Assembly: GCA_039912685.1 (NCBI GenBank)
Contig: JBDSPG010000057.1
Location: 1-14,779 of the forward strand
Source of the DNA: Longimicrobiales bacterium
GTDB lineage: Bacteria; Gemmatimonadota; Gemmatimonadetes; Longimicrobiales; RSA9
Direction of reading: 5' to 3'
DNA length: 14,779 nucleotides
The translations under genes were made by a program, and so were the position numbers. Each line of letters starts with the position of its first letter. Position 1 is the first letter of the stretch. The notes beneath the pieces are model-generated. The model was not told the DNA's origin. It saw only the letters and a list, made by a program, of their open reading frames with translations, and ran no database searches. Of the stretch, positions 6,420 to 14,753 are shown in pieces.

Positions 6420-7817
6420 ATGGATACGCCTCCCGACCTCGTTTTCGCCGCTGCGGCGCCCCACCGGCCGGGGACGCACACTGATTTGCGCGTAGAGATC
6501 GGCGCGCTCGCAGCTCTCGCCGGGCCGATCATCTTCAGCCAACTCGGCCAGGTCGGTATGTCGACAGCGGACACGCTCATGGTCGGCCGATTGGGTGCGA
6601 CGCCGCTCGCAGCGGCCGGATTGGGCTCCGCCCTCCACTTTTTTGGTGTTCTGATCTGCGCCGGCATTCTCCTCGGGATGGCGCCTCTGGTCAGTCAGGC
6701 ATTCGGCGCCGGTGATATCAACCGCTGCCGTGCCGTCCTCGTCCAGGGGGTCTGGGTTGCACTCTTGCTTGCGGTGCCACTCACAGCGAGCTGCATCCTT
6801 GGCGGCCCGATCGCGCGCGCACTCGGACAGGAGGAAAGTGTCGTTGCGTTGACGGGCGGATATCTACGTGCACTGGGGTGGGGCGTTCCGCCGCTGCTTC
6901 TCTTCATGACATTCCGTCAGTTTCTTGAGGCAATGGGTCATGTGCGTGCAACCATGATCATCACGTTCCTCGGGCTCGCAACGAACATCGCGTTCAACTT
7001 TGTGCTGATCTTCGGAGCAGGCGGTTGGATCGAGCCGCTCGGTGTCGTCGGTGCCGGACTGGCGACGTCGATCACACGCTGGGCTATGCTCATTGCAACG
7101 CTGGTGTACATCCATATCCATCCTGAATTGCGACCGTTTCACGGTGTCCGACTCCGGCCACACCGCGAAATGCTGCGCCGCATCATCAGCATAGGTCTGC
7201 CGGCGGGCGGGCATTTCGGACTGGAAGTTGGGCTTTTCTCACTCGCAGCAGTGCTGATGGGCTGGCTCGGCCCCCTCGAACTCGCGGCGCATCAGGTCAC
7301 GATCAACATTGCGTCCACCACCTTCATGGTCGCACTCGGCGTCAGCTTCGCGGGCTCCATTCGCGTCGGACAACACGTCGGCGCCGGACGTCAGGCTGAA
7401 ATGCGGAACGCAGTGCGCGCAACCTACCTGCTCGCCACCGGCTTCATGGCGATGTGCGCACTCCTCTTCGTGATTATTCCGCACACGCTCATCGGACTGT
7501 ATACCGACGATCCCGCCATCATTGCACTCGGTGGGAAGCTGCTGCTGTGCGCCGCCGCATTCCAGATTTTCGATGGCGCCCAGGTGGCCGGCACGGGCGT
7601 TCTCCGCGGTGCTGCCGACACCCGCGTCCCCATGGTGCTCGCCGCACTCGGCTATTGGGCCATCGGCATGCCCGTCGGCTACACCCTCGCTTTCCATTTC
7701 CACCTCGGCGCGCTCGGCATCTGGATCGGCCTCTCCGCCGGCCTCGCCCTCGTCGCCATCCTCCTCTTAATAAGAGCCCGAAAAGTTCTTTGGGGGTCAC
7801 CAATAGCCGTCCGCTAA
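6420..7817 (+). CDS. MATE-family multidrug/cation efflux transporter (NorM/DinF-like)
   Basis: 465 aa, 12 predicted TM helices. Matches the MATE pattern: ...AGPIIFSQLGQVGMSTADTLMVGRLG..., FMTFRQFLEAMGH, and second-half repeat ...HQVTINIASTTFMVALGVSFAGSIRVGQHVGAG. Confidence 0.9.
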   Translation: MDTPPDLVFAAAAPHRPGTHTDLRVEIGALAALAGPIIFSQLGQVGMSTADTLMVGRLGATPLAAAGLGSALHFFGVLICAGILLGMAPLVSQAFGAGDINRCRAVLVQGVWVALLLAVPLTASCILGGPIARALGQEESVVALTGGYLRALGWGVPPLLLFMTFRQFLEAMGHVRATMIITFLGLATNIAFNFVLIFGAGGWIEPLGVVGAGLATSITRWAMLIATLVYIHIHPELRPFHGVRLRPHREMLRRIISIGLPAGGHFGLEVGLFSLAAVLMGWLGPLELAAHQVTINIASTTFMVALGVSFAGSIRVGQHVGAGRQAEMRNAVRATYLLATGFMAMCALLFVIIPHTLIGLYTDDPAIIALGGKLLLCAAAFQIFDGAQVAGTGVLRGAADTRVPMVLAALGYWAIGMPVGYTLAFHFHLGALGIWIGLSAGLALVAILLLIRARKVLWGSPIAVR

Positions 7818-7887
7818 GAAACAGTCCGTTGGAAAACTTCTCCGTACTCCGTGCCTTCGTGTGAGAAATTCCGTCCGAAACCCGCTC

Positions 7888-7905
7888 CCCTACCCCTCCG
7901 TAGGG
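7888..7905. other. Perfect 6-bp stem / 6-nt loop hairpin CCCTAC-CCCTCC-GTAGGG in the MATE-ADOP intergenic region
   Basis: Seen directly in the sequence. No T-tract follows. May be a transcript-stabilising or attenuating structure. Confidence 0.2.
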
Positions 7906-7946
7906 CTCCCCGGCAGTCCAATCCCACCGTCCATGTGAGCGGCCCG

Positions 7947-10364
7947 ATGAAAGCATTCCTCAACGACCTCCGCTTCGGAGCCCGCATGCTGCGCAAGCAG
8001 CCGGGGTCCTCGGCCATCGCGATCATCGCACTCGCACTGGGAATCGGACTCACATCCCTGATGTTCAGCATTGTCTATGGTGCGATGCTGCGCGGGCTGC
8101 CCTTCGAGGAGTCCGAGCGGATCCTCACGCTGTCGACGTCGATTCCATCCGAGAACCGTCTGCAGGTCGAGCCATCGGTGCATGACTTCACGGAGTGGCG
8201 CGCAGAGCAGAAGTCGTTCGAGGACCTGTCAGCGAGCAACTCGACGGCCATCAACCTCTCCGATGGCGCCAATCCTGAGCGATATGAAGGCGCGTTCGTC
8301 ACGCCAGAGATGTTCCCGTTGCTGCGCGTGCAACCGGTTCTCGGCCGGTCGCTGCAGACGGCTGACAACGTCCCAGGCGCACCCGACGTGATGCTCATCG
8401 GATTCAGCATCTGGCAGAATCGCTTTGGTGGCGATCCGTCCGTAATCGGCCGAGTGGAACGCGCGAATGGCAAGCCGACCACGATCATTGGCGTGATGCC
8501 TGACCGTTTCGCATTTCCCGAGAGCGAGCAGATCTGGCTGCCGCTGCGTCAGGACCCGGCGCGCGTGAAGCGCGGTGAGGGCCAGCGCGTGGATGTCATC
8601 GGCCGGTTGCGTCATGGCGTTTCAATCGATGCGGCACGCGCGGAGTTCAGCGCCATCGCGCAGCGGATCGCCACTGCGCATCCCGAAACGAACAAGGGCG
8701 CCGGCGTCACGATCACACCGTATATCGAGAGCTCGTTCGGCCCCGAACCGATCGCAATGCTCTACACCATGCTGGGCGCCGTATTTCTCGTCCTGCTCAT
8801 TGCATGCACCAATGTCGCGAACCTGCTGATCAGCCGCGCCGCTGCACGCTCGAAGGAGGTCGGTGTACGGACTGCTCTGGGAGCGTCACGATATCGCATC
8901 GTCCGCCAGTTCATGGCCGAGTCCCTCATCATTTCATTCGCAGGCGCGCTTCTCGGCCTCGGCATCGCCTTCATCGGCACACGAATGTTCTCGAATGCGA
9001 TCGTCGACACCAACCCGCCGTTCTGGATCGACGTGAAGGTGGATGGCGGGGTTCTTTTATTCGTGTTCGCCATCACACTGCTGTCGACTATGCTCGCCGG
9101 CGCTTTCCCTGCGTTCAGCGCTGCCGGCACGAAAGTGAGTGACGTGTTGAAGGACGAGGCGCGCGGCAGCTCGAGTCTGAAACTCGGCAGGCTCAGCCGC
9201 GTTCTGGTGGTTTTTGAGATCGCACTTTCGGCCGGTCTTCTGGTTGGTGCCGGTCTTATCATCAAGAGCATCACGAAGCTGCGCACAGTCGACTACGGCT
9301 TCGAGACGCGCAGCGTTTTCACAGGGCACGTATCGCTGACCGATGTCGATTATCCTGACGAAGCGACGCGTGTCCGTTTCTACAATGAGCTGGTTGAGAA
9401 AGTGCGTGCCCTGCCGGGTGTTCAGTCCGCTGCGATTGCGAGCTCACTTCCCGGTCGCGGGTCAGGCCGGACAACCTTTGCTGTCGAAGGCGTCACCTAT
9501 CCCGATGAGCGCTACCCGTTCGCTGGCTCGCCCCAGGTGTCGCCCGATTACTTCAGCACGCTGAAGATCGGCATTGTGAGTGGTCGCGCATTCACAGCGC
9601 AGGACGATGCCGCATCGTTACCGGTCGCAATCGTGACCCAGTCCCTGGCGCGTGCTCAGTTCGGAACAGCCAGCCCGATCGGCCGGCGGGTACGGCTTAG
9701 CCCTGACCGCGACCGTGACGAGCCGTTCCGCACGATTGTCGGCGTCGTGCCCGATTCGTACATCAATGGTCTGACCGAAAAGGAACAGTCCGGCATCTTC
9801 ATTCCCTTTGCGCAGTCGCCCGCCTACGGCGCTGGGATTCTCGCGCGCGTGGATGGCAATCCGCTGGACCTGACGAAGGCCGTTCGCGGCGTCGTAACGG
9901 CCATGGATCCGGATCAACCGATGTTCAGCACAACGACACTGCAGCACTCGATCGACGAGCACAACTGGTTTTACCTGGTGTTCGGTTCCCTCTTCATGTC
10001 GTTCGGCCTGGCCGCGTTATTCCTGGCTTCTGTCGGATTGTACGGTGTAATGGCGACGTCCGTGAATCACCGGACACGCGAGATGGGCGTGCGCATGGCA
10101 CTCGGCGCCAATCGGGGAGATGTGCTTCGCCTGGTGATGAACGAGGGGCTGATTCAGCTCGGGGTCGGCCTGGTGCTCGGACTTGTCTTCGCCCTGGGTG
10201 TGTCGAGACTGCTCAGCATGCTGCTCTTCCAGGTGGACCCGCGCGATCCTGCAACCTTTGTCGCAATCGGTACACTCCTCGTGCTGACGGCGATCGTGGC
10301 TACGTTCGTACCGGCACTACGCGCGACACGTGTGCAACCTGTGCAGGCGATGAGGGATGATTGA
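7947..10364 (+). CDS. ADOP-family (acidobacterial duplicated orphan permease) MacB/FtsX-type ABC permease with two FtsX domains
   Basis: N-terminus MKAFLNDLRFGARMLRKQPGSSAIAIIALALGIGLTSLMFSIVYG is the hallmark ADOP leader (..LRYA.RMLRKsPGFt..A.LtLALGIGANTA.FS). A MacB-type periplasmic domain follows. First FtsX module ~res 290-420 (LVLLIACTNVANLLISRAAARSKEVGVRTALGASR). Second periplasmic domain, then second FtsX module at the C-terminus (LFLASVGLYGVMATSVNHRTREMGVRMALGANR). The track start (GTG 7851) adds 32 non-conserved residues, so the ATG at 7947 is preferred. No ATPase or membrane-fusion gene is adjacent. Confidence 0.85.
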   Translation: MKAFLNDLRFGARMLRKQPGSSAIAIIALALGIGLTSLMFSIVYGAMLRGLPFEESERILTLSTSIPSENRLQVEPSVHDFTEWRAEQKSFEDLSASNSTAINLSDGANPERYEGAFVTPEMFPLLRVQPVLGRSLQTADNVPGAPDVMLIGFSIWQNRFGGDPSVIGRVERANGKPTTIIGVMPDRFAFPESEQIWLPLRQDPARVKRGEGQRVDVIGRLRHGVSIDAARAEFSAIAQRIATAHPETNKGAGVTITPYIESSFGPEPIAMLYTMLGAVFLVLLIACTNVANLLISRAAARSKEVGVRTALGASRYRIVRQFMAESLIISFAGALLGLGIAFIGTRMFSNAIVDTNPPFWIDVKVDGGVLLFVFAITLLSTMLAGAFPAFSAAGTKVSDVLKDEARGSSSLKLGRLSRVLVVFEIALSAGLLVGAGLIIKSITKLRTVDYGFETRSVFTGHVSLTDVDYPDEATRVRFYNELVEKVRALPGVQSAAIASSLPGRGSGRTTFAVEGVTYPDERYPFAGSPQVSPDYFSTLKIGIVSGRAFTAQDDAASLPVAIVTQSLARAQFGTASPIGRRVRLSPDRDRDEPFRTIVGVVPDSYINGLTEKEQSGIFIPFAQSPAYGAGILARVDGNPLDLTKAVRGVVTAMDPDQPMFSTTTLQHSIDEHNWFYLVFGSLFMSFGLAALFLASVGLYGVMATSVNHRTREMGVRMALGANRGDVLRLVMNEGLIQLGVGLVLGLVFALGVSRLLSMLLFQVDPRDPATFVAIGTLLVLTAIVATFVPALRATRVQPVQAMRDD

Positions 10365-10376
10365 GCCCTCGACCGC

Positions 10377-11504
10377 TCAACGACGAAGCACGCGCAGTGT
10401 CGCACTGTCCGACAGTACGGACCAGTCGATCGCCTGATACGTTACGGTGTTGTCACGCCGCACATTGAAGAACAGCGCGGCATGCACGGCCGGATACTTC
10501 GTCCGCATGCTGTCGAGTGCCGCCGCGTACCAACCCGCGCGGTCCCCGCCGACCGACACACTGCCCAGCTCCGCGATCATGATAGGCTTGTTCAAACCCG
10601 ATAGCGATGCGTAGTGTTTGCCGAAGATCTCGTCGAATGTCCACCATCGCGACCAGTTCGCGACAGTGCCGTAATTGAGAGCACCGGTCGAGACCCAGTC
10701 GACATATTGGTCACCTGGCCAGTAAACCTCCCAGCCGGCATAGGCGACATGGGGTGACCACACCCAGATTACGTTCGTCGCACCCGCAGCGCGAAAGCGA
10801 TCGACGACATGGCGCCATGCGGCGATGAAATCCTGCGGCTGGTTGTTCTGCGGGCCCCACGGATACCGATAAGGATCGTTCATCTCGTGTGCGAGGCGCA
10901 GCATGATCAGGTGTTTGCTAGCCTTCGAATCACGCGCCCACTGGTCCAGGTAGAAGTCGTACCTGCCTGCAGCAATCGATGCGAGACCGCCGCGATCGCG
11001 GTCGGCACGAAGCGGAAGGTCGGGATGCTTGCTGTTCTCGAAGTCCGTGAGCCACGGTTCCCAGGTGATCACGGGAATCGAGCCGATTGCATGGATGGCA
11101 TCGACAATACGATCGGGGAACGCCTGCTCGGGTTTGTCGCCCCACGCCGCATATGTCTGGATCAACGCGAGCGGCTTGCCAATCGCTCGCTCCAGGGCCA
11201 GCACACCGTCGAGTGTTGCGGGAGTGCCGTCATCATAGACGCCGAACAGGAACGTGTCGGGATGCACGAGCACTTCGCGATCATCCCGATAACCCTCGAG
11301 CCATTTCATTTGTTCGATGCGACCCGGGCCGCGCAGCTTCATGGCTGCACGGTTCTCCGTCCGGCTCACCAGGTTCGCGACTGTGTGCATCACACGCGCG
11401 AACGGCCCTTCCGTTGCCGATCCTGCAAAAAGCAGTACCAGCACGAGGCCTACGCTCACAAGAGCGGAGATCGCGGTGAGTGCTACACGCTGATGACGTC
11501 GCAT
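10377..11504 (-). CDS. Membrane-anchored glycoside hydrolase, GH26-like (clan GH-A TIM barrel)
   Basis: 375 aa. N-terminal TM anchor ALTAISALVSVGLVLVLLFAG. Acid/base region IMLRLAHEMNDPYRYPWG fits the GH26 signature (lRfgHEmN..w.WwG). A candidate nucleophile sits ~105 residues later in PIMIAELGSVS (GH-A beta7 position). The ATG at 11504 overlaps the GT2 3' end by 22 nt. Confidence 0.65.
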   Translation of the reverse strand: MRRHQRVALTAISALVSVGLVLVLLFAGSATEGPFARVMHTVANLVSRTENRAAMKLRGPGRIEQMKWLEGYRDDREVLVHPDTFLFGVYDDGTPATLDGVLALERAIGKPLALIQTYAAWGDKPEQAFPDRIVDAIHAIGSIPVITWEPWLTDFENSKHPDLPLRADRDRGGLASIAAGRYDFYLDQWARDSKASKHLIMLRLAHEMNDPYRYPWGPQNNQPQDFIAAWRHVVDRFRAAGATNVIWVWSPHVAYAGWEVYWPGDQYVDWVSTGALNYGTVANWSRWWTFDEIFGKHYASLSGLNKPIMIAELGSVSVGGDRAGWYAAALDSMRTKYPAVHAALFFNVRRDNTVTYQAIDWSVLSDSATLRVLRR

Positions 11505-13090
11505 TCAATCAATTCCAGGTCGATGTCATCCCAGGCCGCGCCAGCCCCGGGCGTCCTTGCCTGCCACGCCGCGTATACACCACCCACGCTCAGCATCGCG
11601 GCGAGGGTGGCAAAACCGATCATGCCCCATACGGCCTGACTTGTCAGCACCAGCGTACCGGCAGATTCGAGCAGCAGCCTGTTGTATATCGTCCACCCAA
11701 CTGTCACAGTGTACAGCACCAGCAAAACGAGCAGTGGCCATGCGAGTCGGAAGAAGCGACCACGAACGGCTTCCTTCGCAGTCGGAATATATGGGATCTC
11801 TGCGCGTGCGATCGCGAGAACGGTACCGGCCAGAAATATTGGCCAGCACGCAACCTTCAGCATCATGCCACGCAGATGAAGTCCGCGCTCGTGCCGCACG
11901 TCACACATCCACCGCTGCGAGAACAGGTAGATCACGACCGCTACAATGGCAACCGGTCCGCCCATCACGATGAACTCGTCGAACCGCATGGCGGCCGGCT
12001 GCACGCCTGTCCACAGGTAGACGTAGGGCAGCGCGAGATACATCGGGGCGGTGACCCCGAATAGGTAATACGTTCCGATCGCTGCGTAGGAGAGCCGCTG
12101 CCACCACGACAGTGTTCCCGCCCTGCTGGGCAGCTCTGCAAACATCACTTCGTACACGCCGCGCGCCCACTTCAGCTGCTGCTTGTAGAATGACCCGAGA
12201 TCTTCAGGCACCAGGCCGCGGCTCAGTACTTCGGGGACATAGACCGACCGCCATTTCGATGCGTGCAAACGGATCGATGTGACGAGGTCCTCGGCGAGGC
12301 CGATGCCGTGACCACCGATGGTCTGGAGCGCATCACGGCGGAACGTGCAGTTCGCACCGATCGCAACGGCCGCACCGTGTCCGTGCAGACCAAGCTGTGT
12401 CGGGCCGTAGAACGAATACGTCTGCTCCGCAGCGCCTCTCGCTACGAATGAGCGAGACTGGTTGTAGTATGCTTGCGCAACCTGCACGAAACCGATGTCG
12501 TCGTCATGAAAATGGCCGAGCACACGATCGAGGAAGTTAGGGAACGGGATGTGGTCGGGATCGAGCACGAGGATGAACCGTTCCGTTGTGCGTTGCAGCG
12601 CTGCATTGATCTTGCCTGCCTTCGCACCCGGTATTCCGATGAGCTCGAGCCACACCGCGCCATGCCGTTCGGCGGCCTCGCGCATGCGCGGATCACAAGT
12701 GTCATCGAGCAGGTACGTCGTGTGAGGATAACGAATGTGTGCGCACGCCGCGAGCGTCTTCTCGAACATTGCGAGCGGTTCGCCGGGTGAACTCGTCGTG
12801 AAAATCGCGACACTCATTCCGGCCGGCGCCGGGCGGTGCGCATCCACGCGAATGCGCGCGATGTTGATCCAACCCAGCACAATGCGTGTGATGCCATACC
12901 ACACGGCCAGAGACAGCACGACGAATAAGGGGATACTTGCGACGTTGCTCGCGCGGAACCACCAGTCTCCAAACCGGATAAGCAGCAGGATGCCTGCGCC
13001 GATCAGCGCATGGAGAATGACACGATCGGATCGCGAGACGTCAGCAGCGCGACGCCACCGCATGAGGTCGCGCGTCAGCGCGCGAGCCAC
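11483..13090 (-). CDS. Processive family-2 glycosyltransferase (cellulose-synthase/PgaC/HAS-like exopolysaccharide synthase)
   Basis: 535 aa. Two N-terminal TM helices. GT-A domain has LLDD (UDP-binding D), VLDPDH (DxD), GLAEDL (TED-like) and QQLKW in place of the canonical QxxRW. Four or five C-terminal TM helices. No PilZ domain. The track start is a GTG at 13090, overlapping the upstream gene by 16 nt. An alternative ATG at 13063 (MRWRR...) would leave an 11-nt gap. Confidence 0.9.
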   Translation of the reverse strand: MARALTRDLMRWRRAADVSRSDRVILHALIGAGILLLIRFGDWWFRASNVASIPLFVVLSLAVWYGITRIVLGWINIARIRVDAHRPAPAGMSVAIFTTSSPGEPLAMFEKTLAACAHIRYPHTTYLLDDTCDPRMREAAERHGAVWLELIGIPGAKAGKINAALQRTTERFILVLDPDHIPFPNFLDRVLGHFHDDDIGFVQVAQAYYNQSRSFVARGAAEQTYSFYGPTQLGLHGHGAAVAIGANCTFRRDALQTIGGHGIGLAEDLVTSIRLHASKWRSVYVPEVLSRGLVPEDLGSFYKQQLKWARGVYEVMFAELPSRAGTLSWWQRLSYAAIGTYYLFGVTAPMYLALPYVYLWTGVQPAAMRFDEFIVMGGPVAIVAVVIYLFSQRWMCDVRHERGLHLRGMMLKVACWPIFLAGTVLAIARAEIPYIPTAKEAVRGRFFRLAWPLLVLLVLYTVTVGWTIYNRLLLESAGTLVLTSQAVWGMIGFATLAAMLSVGGVYAAWQARTPGAGAAWDDIDLELIECDVISV

Positions 13091-14310
13091 ATCACCGCCA
13101 CGCTCGCACGAGAGACATCATAAAATGACGTGCGCTCATGCGCTGCACGCAGGTAGAGCGTCATGCGTGTGCCGCGCGGAATGCTGGCGGACGCGGCGGC
13201 CGTCCATGGCTTGAATGACCGCGTCACGAACTGCTGGGACTGACCACGTCCTTGAACCGGCGCGTCCTCGTGGGCGGAGAAGCCGTAACTGCCGTTTATC
13301 TGCAGCGCCGTCACCCGACCGAAACGGAGCTCGCCCAATGCACTGTGTGATGTCACATTCTCGGGTGTGTAGTATGGATCGAACCGTTTGCCGTTCCATC
13401 GCGAGTCGTTCGCATCCTGGTGCGCGGACGCGAGGCCGAGCCTCACGCCGGCAGTGACAGGCGCCAGTACCCAGACATACGCGGACCTGATTTCGGTGCC
13501 ATCCGGATAGCGGTCGGAGCGGACGGCGACGAGTCCGCCAAAGCCGGAAGCGCCCGAGCGATCGAGGGCGAGCTCGATGCCACGCACGGCGATCGCAGTA
13601 TCCAGGCTCGCAAGCGTGCCATGGTAGGTCGAGCGTTCGACGGAAGCGCGCACCGCGGTCTGCGATGCCACGCGGAACGCTGCGATCGCGTGTCCGGTCA
13701 GCGTGGCCCCGCCCGCGTTTCCACCTTCCACGGCTGCACCTCCGCTAAGTGTGATCGGAGTGCCTGCGGGCGACCATGACACGCCGGCACCGCCGGCCAC
13801 AACTGTCGGCGCTGTGGCCGTCGAATCGCTGGCGTAGCGATCGAGTCGTCCCGTCAGCTTCACCACAGCGGACGGCGCCGCAAAGAAGCCGGCCTCAACA
13901 TCGAGCGAACCGGTGCGAATCGGCTGGTCATCTCCAGTCGCTCCCGCGAGTGCACGCACCCATGGCGACGTCGCATGTGCTACGTCGGCATTGAATCGCA
14001 CGATGTCGGCGCGGAGGATCGCATCGTTCGGGGTGATCTCGAGGGCCCGGGCGTATGCGCTACGAGCACGCGCGTAGTCGCCGAGCTGATATAGAATCTG
14101 CGCGCGCAGCCAGTGCACGCCTGCATCCGACGGGTGCTGAGTCAGGTACTCGTCAAGTTGGCGAATCGCGGACGCATACTGCCCGGCGTCCCGCATGCGC
14201 CGCGCCGCCGCAATCTGCGTTGGTTCCTGCGCCGCTGCGCGCGTCACGGCGCTGCACATCAGCGTCAGGACGATCGCTGCGCACCCGTGCCACCCGAAAC
14301 CGCGCGTCAT
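13075..14310 (-). CDS. Secreted TPR-repeat protein fused to a C-terminal outer-membrane beta-barrel-like domain (putative polysaccharide export porin)
   Basis: 411 aa. Signal peptide MTRGFGWHGCAAIVLTLMCSAVTRAAAQE. Two or three TPR-like helices (AGQYASAIRQLDEYLTQHPSDAGVHWLRAQILYQLGDYARARSAYARALEITPND). The rest is Gly/Ala/Ser/Thr-rich with alternating hydrophobic patterns (AIAAFRVASQTAVRASVERS, IELALDRSG, AYVWVLAPVTAGVRLGLASA, MTLYLRAAHERTSFYDVSRASVAVMWLAR) typical of beta-barrel strands. The ATG at 14310 overlaps the arfB stop as ATGA. Confidence 0.6.
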   Translation of the reverse strand: MTRGFGWHGCAAIVLTLMCSAVTRAAAQEPTQIAAARRMRDAGQYASAIRQLDEYLTQHPSDAGVHWLRAQILYQLGDYARARSAYARALEITPNDAILRADIVRFNADVAHATSPWVRALAGATGDDQPIRTGSLDVEAGFFAAPSAVVKLTGRLDRYASDSTATAPTVVAGGAGVSWSPAGTPITLSGGAAVEGGNAGGATLTGHAIAAFRVASQTAVRASVERSTYHGTLASLDTAIAVRGIELALDRSGASGFGGLVAVRSDRYPDGTEIRSAYVWVLAPVTAGVRLGLASAHQDANDSRWNGKRFDPYYTPENVTSHSALGELRFGRVTALQINGSYGFSAHEDAPVQGRGQSQQFVTRSFKPWTAAASASIPRGTRMTLYLRAAHERTSFYDVSRASVAVMWLAR

Positions 14311-14753
14311 TCGTACGGTCCGATCTTGTCACGGCCGCGCTTGACTTCCGACCGCTTCTTCTTCTCGCGCAATCGGTCTTCCTTCACGCCCTTCGGCACC
14401 TTCGTCCGCTTGCGCGGCTTCGGGATGCGCAATGCCCGCTCGATCACGCCCGCGAACCGTTCCGTCACTTCTTCCTTATTCTGGAGCTGGCTTCTGCTCC
14501 CTGCTGACACCAGGCGGAGCACGCCGCTGCCGTCGATACGCGTGGCAAGCTTGACGAGGAGTCGCGTTCGCTCATCATTCGTCAGAGGAGTCGAGGTTGC
14601 GACGTTCCAAGTGAGCTCGATTCGGGTCGAAGACGTGTTCACGTGCTGACCGCCCGGACCACCTGATCGCGTCGCCCGGTATTCGATTTCGGATCGCGGG
14701 ATGCTCAATGTATCATTGATCCGAATCGCCGTGTCGTCCGTTGGCCCCTGCAT
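14307..14753 (-). CDS. arfB: ArfB (YaeJ) alternative ribosome-rescue factor / peptidyl-tRNA hydrolase
   Basis: 148 aa. Catalytic GGQ motif in SGGPGGQHVNTSSTRIELTWN. Basic C-terminal tail (RIPKPRKRTKVPKGVKEDRLREKKKRSEVKRGRDK) that probes the empty mRNA channel. Length is typical of ArfB. Confidence 0.9.
   Translation of the reverse strand: MQGPTDDTAIRINDTLSIPRSEIEYRATRSGGPGGQHVNTSSTRIELTWNVATSTPLTNDERTRLLVKLATRIDGSGVLRLVSAGSRSQLQNKEEVTERFAGVIERALRIPKPRKRTKVPKGVKEDRLREKKKRSEVKRGRDKIGPYE

Noticed and set aside
7851-7946. GTG-initiated 32-aa leader (MPSCEKFRPKPAPLPLRRAPRQSNPTVHVSGP) on the ADOP gene
   Set aside because: Pro/Arg-rich and not part of the conserved ADOP N-terminus, which begins at the MKAFLNDLRFGARMLRK ATG at 7947. 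The leader also contains the intergenic hairpin.
10809-11639. 276-aa plus-strand ORF and the other 100-175-aa ORFs antisense to the ADOP, GH and GT2 genes (e.g. 8762..9286, 7239..7703, 12735..13214)
   Set aside because: All are opposite-strand or out-of-frame shadows of strongly supported genes. Their compositions are Arg/Cys/His-rich with no recognisable domains.
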